Shown piece by piece: positions 55,597-64,000 of a DNA stretch of 64,000 nucleotides. This DNA is from Macrostomum hystrix (Eukaryota > Animalia > Platyhelminthes). The notes beneath the pieces are model-generated. The model saw only the letters and a list, made by a program, of their open reading frames with translations. It was not told where the DNA came from and made no database searches. The position numbers and the translations under genes are program-made. The stretch covers positions 16,616,001-16,680,000 of the forward strand of contig CATNEN010000001.1 in the NCBI GenBank assembly GCA_950097015.1, read 5' to 3'. Each line of letters opens with the position of its first letter. Positions within the stretch are counted from its first letter, which is position 1.

Positions 55597-57641
55597 ATGC
55601 AGCAGCATTGTCTATCTGAAAATAGCCGACAGCTGGCTCAAACTGTCCGTTGCTCAGTCCTTCACGTGGCCACTTTTCCTGTCGCCAGCGGTGGCACATT
55701 GAAACTGCCAGACAAACTATCGAAATGCTCACCCGGCCAGCCAGTCTGGCTGCAGATCTCATTCTCAGGCATCGATATTATAGCCCAGACTGGCTCTGCT
55801 GGCCTTGGCGAGACCATCAGCTCGCATCCTCTTAGACGCATCTCACTGGCCAGCTGCGATCCCGGCCGTTGCCTGTTCGCATTCGCGGCTAGAGAGTCCG
55901 CTGCCGGTGTTTCAAAGCCTGGCACTGGCAGCGTGGCCTCGACCAATCAGACATTGTGCCGCGTGTTTGTCACCCAATCAGCTCAGGCTGCCAGAGAGCT
56001 CAGCAGTTTAATTGCCGACTGCTTTGAGTCCGCTGCGTCGGCTGCTGCTAATGCCTGCCGTGATGTCACTGTTGATGGTGGAGTTTTAGCTTCAAAACAA
56101 AGGCAAAAGCAGCAGCAGCAGCAGCAGCAGCATGTTGTGAAGCCCAAACCAATTCCTGCGCCAAGACTCGGCAGTGCTGGCTTTCATGCAAGCAGTGAAG
56201 TCGCCAGCAATAGTTACGTTGCCAGTCCCATTGCATGCCGACCAGCTGAGAAACTATCGCAACAGCAGGCCCCGCCTCTGCCTGTTCGGTGAGCCAGCTC
56301 TTCACGTTATTTGAAATCTGAACTTTTTTAATCAATAGCACTGATTGTCACCCGGTGTTCAGTCATTAGCCAGTTATCCCTAGTCATAATGTTATCGGGA
56401 TCAGTCATTAGCCAGTTATCCCTAGTCATAATGTTATTGGGATCAGTCATTACCCTGTTATCCCTAGTCACTGAGTCCTTGGGATCAGTCATTACCCGCG
56501 ACTCGGATTTCAGATACGACAGTCTCCGCTGCCGGCCCTGCGACTTTGAAGTGCCCCCGCCGCCGCCGCTACCTCCGGACGCCATTCCGAATCAGCCAGG
56601 CGCGTCGGCTGCTCCAACGACAATTGCCACCGTTACAGATCTTGATGATCTAGACGATCAGCAGAGCTGGTGGTGGTACAGAGCTGACTTGCCTAGAGAG
56701 GCCGCTTTCAAATTGCTAGCGGGCAGCCCTTTTGGCAGCTTCCTGGTGCGAAACAGCTCCAGCCATCCCAACTGCTACGCCCTGTCGGTGAGTGCCGCTG
56801 GGTCACCATTGTCCCTCAGATTGGGTCACCATTGTCCCTCAGGTTGGGTCAGCATCATTCCTCAGGTTGGGTCAGCATTGTCCCTCAGGTTGGGTCAGCA
56901 TTATCCCTCAGGTTGGGTCACCATTATCCCTCAGGTTGGGTCAGCATTATCCCTCAGGTTGGGTCAGCATTATCCCTCAGGTTGGGTCAGCATTATCCCT
57001 CAGGTTGGGTCAGCATTATCCCTCAGGTTGGGTCAGCATTATCCCTTAGGTTGGGTCACCATTATCCCTTAGGTTGGGTCACCATTATCCCTCAGGTTGG
57101 GTCAGCATCATCCCTCAGGTTGGGTCAGCATTATCCCTCAGGTTGGGTCAGCATCATCCCTCAGGTTGGGTCAGCATTATCCCTCAGGTTGGGTCAGCCA
57201 AATTAGATTCAATTAGCGCACTGAATCACAAACCAGCTGCCCATTACCAAATTAAATTCTCAGGTGTGCGTACCCAAGCAGCAGCAGCAGCAGCAGCAGT
57301 CACTGTCGCACTACCTGATTCAGCGCACAGCTCGCGGTGTTAAACTCAAAGGCCTGTCCAAGGAATGGCCTAACCTGCACTCATTAGTGTGCCACCTGTC
57401 CGTGCTGCCCGAGCTGCTGCCTTGTCCGCTGCTGCTGCAGCCGGCTCCCGCGATGCTTCAACAGCAGCTGCGTCAAAGACAGCGTTTCCAGCGTCATTCG
57501 CCTCCGCATTCAGTCTCCGTCGCTGAGGCGCCGTCTAAAGCTCTGCCAGACCAATTGTTAGCCGATGAAAGCGGGCTGGGAGATTATCAGCGACTGACTG
57601 ACTTTAACTCGCTTATGATGACTAACCTGAGACTGCTCTGA
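55597..57641 (+). CDS. PTB/PID + SH2 domain adaptor (SH2D5-like), ~447 aa
   Basis: Exons 55597-56288, 56514-56787, 57264-57641. PTB-like SHPLRRISLASCDP..LFAFAARE..CRVF..ELSSLIADCF; SH2 WWWYRADLPREAAFKLL..GSFLVRNSSSHPNCYALSV..HYLI..LPCPL. An upstream exon is possible. Confidence 0.82.
56360..56495. repeat. 42-bp (2x21) degenerate tandem repeat, intronic
   Basis: CAGTCATTAGCCAGTTATCCCTAGTCATAATGTTATCGGGAT, about 3 copies. Confidence 0.8.
56800..57198. repeat. 23-bp minisatellite (GGTTGGGTCAGCATTATCCCTCA)n, intronic
   Basis: About 17 units inside the intron that splits the SH2 domain. Confidence 0.95.
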
Positions 57642-57717
57642 TGCCTTTGGCTTCGGACAGTTCTGCGAATCAGAATCTAATTCTTGGGACTTCAGTTTGT
57701 AGATAAGTCCAATGCAG

Positions 57718-57970
57718 ATATCAGGTTTGGGATAAACCCGTTGTATTCAGTTGGGGATAAATCCTATTCCAGATATCAGGTTGGGGATAAATCCCATTTC
57801 TGATATCAGGTTGGGGATAAATCCCATTTCTGATATCAGGTTGGGGATAAATCCCATTTCTGATATCAGGTTGGGGATAAATCCCATTTCAAATATCAGG
57901 TTGGGGATAAACCCCTTGTATTCAGGTTGGGGATAAATCCTATTCCTGATATCAGGTTGGGGATAAATCC
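57718..57970. repeat. 30-bp minisatellite (GATATCAGGTTGGGGATAAATCCCATTTCT)n in 3' flank
   Basis: About 8 units. Confidence 0.92.
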
Positions 57971-58838
57971 ATGGCAAGAGCCCAGGTTATAAGAAAATCC
58001 AAAACTAAGGGTTCAAATCAGTTATCAGTGTGACTGATTGTGTGACTATAGGCATGCTGCGCGTTGTGTTAATTTTGAGTTTTGCATGAATCAGATGTAT
58101 TTCTCTGCATGCTTGTAAGCTTTCACAGGTCTCAATTTGTACTTCTGTCTACTTTTTTCAACGATTTTCTATTTAGCGACCTCATTTTCGTGTTCTCAAC
58201 TTTTAGCCAGTCTCATCAAAATGCGTACTATACTAGTCGTTCAATACTGCTTTAAGTAGTTTCGCTTGAAAAATTTTGGTAATAAGCTAAACATTTTTTC
58301 GATAAGCCAGTCTTTTTTGGCTGTCTAGTCGAGTGCCTTGCTTTGTTGTTTAATTGCACAATGATCAGATGGAAGTTTCCGGTGTTTTGTGTTTTTAAAT
58401 TTTATCAAAACAAAATCGGAAGATTATTAAATTTCTACTTTGCTCAAGTCAGTTTTTTAGTATTACTCCCACGGAGGAATCGGTCTGCAGCTTTTTTGAA
58501 GTGTTTTGTTTTACCTTGAATTATTATAATATGTTTGCCGTCAACAATAAACTATAAAACTATATCCTACGCTTTTATGGCTCTTTAGCTTCGTTGGTCT
58601 GCGGCTTGTTTAACGCGGACGCTTATATTTAAAATAAGTTTTTTTTCATTAATTTGCGTTTTTTGCTTGGCCCCAAAAATAGTTAAATATGGCAAGTCGT
58701 TAGATTTCCATTGCATATTTGGAATGTCCCAGCTGATAACATATCTGTGCCTTGGCAGTGATAAAATTCGCGCTCGCAGCCAAACAGACAGTTATAGCTG
58801 AGATTCATTCTGAGAACTATCCTGTGCTAGCTTGCCTC

Positions 58839-61583
58839 ATGACTGACCCGGCTTGCACTAGCCTAAGCGAGGAAATTGCTCGCTTCTACTCAGACAGGCG
58901 CCGAGTTCAGAACCTGCTGGCCGAGACAGAAGCCCTACTGGACAAAGACTTCGCTAGGGTTCTGTCGCACGAGTTGGTATCAAGGATTCAGCATAATTTG
59001 AATCTGCCGCGTGTCAGACAGCGAATCGATCGACTGTTTAGAGATGGCCGCCGTCAGCAGGACGATGACGCGACGGTTACCAGCGCCACAGGTTCTCGAC
59101 CGTGCATTGTGATTGTCGGCCAGACTAAATCTGGCAAGAGCACCTTCGTTAACGAACTGCTTGGTAAGGCCAATGAAGGCCTATAAGGCCAAAAAAGTGT
59201 GGGCTTTGAGCGGGCAGCCATAGAGACCCCAATCAGTGAGAGGTGGCTAAGCTTGGGGCGAGGGGGGTAGAGAAAAAGCGATTTAGGGCAGCCAGCCAAT
59301 CAACGGTGCTGAATCGGACAGGCCGGTCATAAAACGGCACAAGTGAGGATGTTGACGAAGAACAGGCCCTGAAACAGTGCAGATATGACATCAACATTTT
59401 CAACTAAATACTTGTTCATGTGGTCTGATCGCTCATCAAACGAGGCCTTTCTATGTCGATTAATTTGAGTATCACAGAAATTACAGAAACGAGTCGTTTG
59501 ATTACAATGTACACAAACTTATTTTTAGTCCTACTATAATTACTATATAATTACTATAATTACTATAACTATAAGTGAAACTTATTCGTCTATGGCAATC
59601 TTACATATAAATTCTGTCACAAGTAAGTTCAAATCTGTCAGAGATATATATGTTGACAGCAATGCGAGTTCAGAACAATTTTTTCTTGCCATACCTACCA
59701 TGCCCTATGCAAGAATATGCTTAATAGACAGGCAGCGCCTGGTTAACAGCTACAACACTGGACGGGACTGGAGGAGACTGGCCATTGACCTCGGAATCAA
59801 AAAGACCACCGCAAACTTGATCCTAAAGCGCTATCTAGAGGAAAACCGGACACAATACAGAGCAAGAGGAGGGGCTAGACACGTGAAAGTAAGTGAACAG
59901 ATGCTTCAAGCACTTCACCGGTATGTTGCTGAGAAGCCGACCATCACATTGAGTGAAATGCGAGAGAGGCTGACTGTTGAATTTCACGACGCACCCGCTG
60001 TTTCTACTCAATGCCTGAGCAAGAAGCTAGACGGTACTCTGATAACCTTAAAGGACGTCAGGCATGTGCACGCGGGCTGGAATGCGCCAGGCACCATGGA
60101 TGCGCGAGCGATGTACTAATTTAAGAGAACTGTTCAAAATAAACCTTTGTTTCGTTATCTGTTCAGTGGACAGATTTGAAGTTACTTATGGCAGAATTGA
60201 TCTGAGCTTTAACCATAGACTCTTAAGTTGGCGCTCGGCTTGCGAGCTGAATGTATGCCTTTCTGCTATCTACGGCAGATTTGAAGTTACTTGTGACAGA
60301 CTTGGAGTGGAAAAGGTATAATTTTAACAGTAACTGATAAAAGCTTGCACTTTAGGCTTACATTCATTTATGGACTCAAGATAGACTCAAGACAAAAATA
60401 TTATATAGAAAACTGCATGGCGTGGTTCATAGACTATAACCTTGGCTATAGACATGGACGAGTCAACGCTGTTGGCCATGCAAAGCTTCTATGCTCATTC
60501 ATATTTAAGCACTACTAAAAAAGGATGCGCTAAAGGAAGCACGTGCCCTTGACAACTGCGCTGATCGACCATAGGCGACCAAAGCAGTAGGCTGTGCTCT
60601 TGCTGTTTCTGAAAGAAATTCGCAATATTGGCTATTTAGTTTGAGGCATCATGTCAAGCTACTGTCTCGCTGAGGCACTTAAGAGGTCCTGTCCTCAGCA
60701 GCTCAGACGGCAGTTTTGGACATCTCCGCTCGTACTCAAGATGGACAGCAGCGAGTCCTGTATCATAGCCAGCATGCGACGCCAAAGTAGAGAAGTGATC
60801 AGACTGCCCGCCAGGCCGTGGCATTCGCCTTCCAGAGTGTTAAATACTTGTCGTTCCACACTGCCAACTGAAGATGGTGTGTTGCCGCAGACTTTCGAGG
60901 AGTCGCCAAGCCTTATGCGATCTCAACTCTGCGACGATGGAGCCAATGGTCAGTAGTTTTTAATTCATTTGAAACAGGAAATTCTCTAGTCTGTAATCGC
61001 TCATTGGACCGCGACGGGGGATCATGGTTGGACGAGCACTTTATGCCGCTCGCGGCAAAAGCGAAAACACAAAAACCTCTACAGCCAATCACAGCGCCGC
61101 AGGGGGGTGGGCTGGCGCGTCACTGGCCAAGAATCTTCACCCCCGCCCCAACCAGCCAACGGCCTAGACACATTCCGATGCACATTCGGTAAGAAACGTG
61201 CAGCTGTAAACACCACCGCACTGCCCCTTCCCTATTCCTCGCCAATCCAGCTGCCAAGACAAACTACAGTGTGGAGCTGAATAGTCCAAGCAGTCAACAC
61301 AATCCAAGCAGTCCAAGCAGTCCGAGTCAGCGCAGCAGTCGCAGCGATACAGAACTCGGTCGAGAGGAATTAAAAGTCTGTAGCCACAGTCAGGAGTCGC
61401 TAAACAGCAATAACAAAAGCTCTACGGAGCAGCGCAGCCCGAAGGTCGAAAAGCAGGCCAAAGGTGCTACTATCAGCCCAAACTGTGGCTGCGACCTGCC
61501 GTCTATAGTGCTAAGCTGCATGGAGATGAGCAATTCTCTAGGGGCTGAAGAGACATTGCTGAGACTCCTCTCACACTTACAAA

Positions 61584-61617
<34 letters not shown>

Positions 61618-62080
61618 GTGGGGGTTAGGAGACCACGTCCACGTCGTGCCCCTGGACCCAGCGGTCATGCTACGACACCGGCCACCGCTGGGAGTAACCA
61701 AGAGTCTCCCCTTCCAGCCAGGACACGCAGATCAACCTCCGACCAGTGACGACACTGAAGCACACTCGAATCTGTCCACGGACGTGATGGCCGATGTGCT
61801 CACCCATCCGTCTGCGGTCGTCAAGATCCTGCGTACCCTGGGGCGTCTTTAGGCGCCTGCCCCCAGCTGCAACAGCAGCGTTGAGGGCGCTGGCAAGAAG
61901 AAGAAGAAGCAGCAGCAGTCTCCAATGCATGGGCAGCTGCAGCAACCTCAGCAGCAGCAGCAGCAGCAGCAGCAGTCTCCAATGCATGGGCAGCTTCAGC
62001 AACCTCAGCAGCAGCTGCAGCAGCAGCAAGTGCAGCAGCAGAAGCCGCAGTCACCAAAGCATGAGGAGCTGCAGCAACCT

Positions 62081-62113
<33 letters not shown>

Positions 62114-64000
62114 TCTCCAATGCATGGGCAGCTGCAGCAACCTCAGCAGCAGCTGCAGCAGCAGTCACCAAAGAAACGGCAGCAGCAGCAATCGCAGCAG
62201 CAACAACCGCCAGTGCTACCGATACAGCAACAGCCTCAGCAAGTCATGATGCAACGGCAGGTTGAACACGGGTCTAATGAACGCTTGTCAACTGGCTTAG
62301 ATTTAAATCGAATAGTCTCAACGCTGCAGAAAATAAACAGTGCAAAAATCTAAAGCAGCAGCAGCATGAAACAGTTCAACGGCCCTCCCTGATCCAAAAG
62401 TCGCCATCTTTGTACCAAGAATATTCGGCTAAAATCTGCTCCACGCCATACATGCAGCAATATAATATGCACTTCAGAACTCAGGGCAGCACAACTTATC
62501 CCAAAATCAACAGTCTAATCAGCAGCCGAAGCATTTCCAGCAGCACCATCAACACTTGAAGCATCAGCGCTACCAGAGACGTCAAGTGGCAATTTTTCGA
62601 CCTGGTCTCCATCTTTTCGGCCGGAACAGAACTAGCTCCACCAACTCGCTAAATCAATCACAATCCACCTCCAGCTGCTCCGTTCACGAAGAGGAAGTGA
62701 TACCAATATCCGACGACCTAGTCCACCTGTACGTAAACAGCTGTTCGGAGACAGGCAACGTCACGGGTGGCGTCAAAAAAGATTTCAGAGCGAGGTCTCT
62801 GGCGATGTGATAAGCAGCAGTGTCATCGGTTGCAGCAACAGTGGCGTTTGCGACAGTGGCGGCGGCGGCGGCGGTGGCGACGTCCCAGTGGTGTGCGCTA
62901 CCGCAGAATCGGCTGCTATGGAAACAGAACCTGACTGCAAAGCTAGAATGCCTCTGTGCGCTGAGAGCAGCGAACACCAATTTTCGCCCTCATGGGTCTC
63001 AAAAGGTCATCGAAGCCGGAAGCCGAGCCGAGAATTCCAGCAGCACACATCTTGGTGTAAAAAGCGACGGCAGCAAATCGAAGTGGAGTCGGCTTCATCA
63101 GTTAATGTTTCATTCGACTATTCTCGCTTCGCAAGGCTGAAGACACCGGAAATTTACAAGAAGGATTTTCTTTCCACGCTGAGGCAGGACCGGCTGCATC
63201 GTCAGGCAAAGCTGAAGCGCTGATCGGTATCTGACAACCCCCGCTGACTTGATCCAAACGTAGTCGCTTTTCCCCTGGCAAGAATATTTTCTTGTCAATC
63301 AGCTCTGGAGGTTCAATTTTGTGAAACTGTTTCTGACATAATCATCAAGAATATTAATGACTGGCGACAACTACAGCGACCTCACCTCCTTAAATCCTGA
63401 CGACACCTCCTTAAAACAGTCTTAACACGCCGCAACGTCTTATCTTAATGCGCGTTTAAAAACTAGTTGTCCCGTGCCATGTGTCATGCACGGCAGTTGT
63501 TGGGCACAGTACTTGCCGAAGCGTGACAACTTGTAAACGTCAAACGCTTTCCTAAGACCAAATAGCTTGCGAACAGAGATAAATATATTGCGTGACTTCT
63601 TGCAAAGACTAAAAATGTTCAACTCAATTAACTGCTTGAATGAACATTTTGTGTTAAAATTTATTATAATACAGGCTAACCTACGACAGGTTTATATTTT
63701 TCTTAATATCGAGACGCAAACGTATCTTTATGTAATGTTGTCCCACACAAAAATTGGGGGATTACATTTTGTCTTCACTCCCTAAAGACCTACTACGAGA
63801 CCTAAAGACCTACTCGTAGATATCCTGAGTTACTGAAGTATCTGTCTAAGCCACTCGTTTTTTATTTTGATTAACTTGAAAGGCCAAAAGTTTGTGTCCC
63901 AGAGATCAACGCCCTGTACCGCTCGAGTCACCCGGTTGACGTACGCCGAGAAGGTCTCCGTTCGACTTGTGGACTCGCACGGCCGCCAGCTGGGCGAGAC
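58839..64000 (+). CDS. DSTYK-like protein N-terminus with dynamin-like GTPase domain (partial; continues beyond window)
   Basis: Exon 58839-59163 (…RPCIVIVGQTKSGKSTFVNELLG) splices in phase 1 to exon 63883-64000+ (QKFVSQRSTPCTARVTRLTYAEKVSVRL). G1 (GxxxxGKS) and G2 (PCT) motifs of Dynamin_N type are present, and the N-terminal helix resembles DSTYK. Confidence 0.7.
59610..60300 (+). mobile_element. Internally deleted Tc1-like element in intron (N-terminal HTH only)
   Basis: ORF MPYARICLIDRQRLVNSY..RGGARHVK..KPTITLSEMR..ITLK is homologous in layout to the 2721-3233 transposase but lacks the DDE region. Inverted repeat CTGTCACAAGTAAGTTCAAATCTG (~59614) / CAGATTTGAAGTTACTTGTGACAG (~60276-60299). 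Confidence 0.78.
61271..63223 (+). other. Cluster of low-complexity Ser/Gln-rich ORFs of unknown identity inside the DSTYK-like intron
   Basis: GC-rich, coding-like ORFs 61271-61852, 61925-62353 and 62807-63223 with CAG tracts; no recognisable domain. Confidence 0.3.

Noticed and set aside
55585-55599. Possible spliced-leader trans-splice acceptor just before the SH2D5-like ATG
   Set aside because: TTTACAG|CAATG is indistinguishable from an ordinary cis acceptor without transcript data.

Overview
Eukaryotic (metazoan) genomic DNA with GC-rich exons, GT-AG introns and introns packed with tandem repeats and SINEs. The style suggests a free-living flatworm such as Macrostomum; this is inference from composition and gene content and was not verified. 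Eight host genes were reconstructed by hand from splice phases: the 3' half of CADPS/unc-31 (+), a DUF4140/DUF4139 (F37C4.5/MuiA-like) gene (+), a myophilin/MP20/transgelin-type calponin gene (+), an intronless DEG/ENaC channel (-), a clockwork-orange-like bHLH-Orange gene (-), SFSWAP (-), a PTB+SH2 SH2D5-like adaptor (+), and the start of a DSTYK-like gene with an intact dynamin-type P-loop (+). Mobile DNA includes one intact DD34E Tc1 element, two decayed Tc1-like elements, about 11 copies of a structured tRNA-derived SINE, a second CORE-like SINE, a hAT-type MITE, TTAA-bounded foldback elements, and a Penelope-like fragment with a hammerhead-type motif. About 19 minisatellite arrays are present; most unit lengths are near multiples of 10.5 bp and many share a TGTCTAACAG-like core. 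The most notable structural observations are inverted repeats (a SINE pair and a minisatellite pair) bracketing single exons, candidate mutually exclusive exons, and microsatellites forming an in-frame intron and the stop codon of the cwo-like gene. Most short ORFs in the supplied track are repeat or antisense artefacts. No homology searches could be run, so gene identities rest on recognised motifs.
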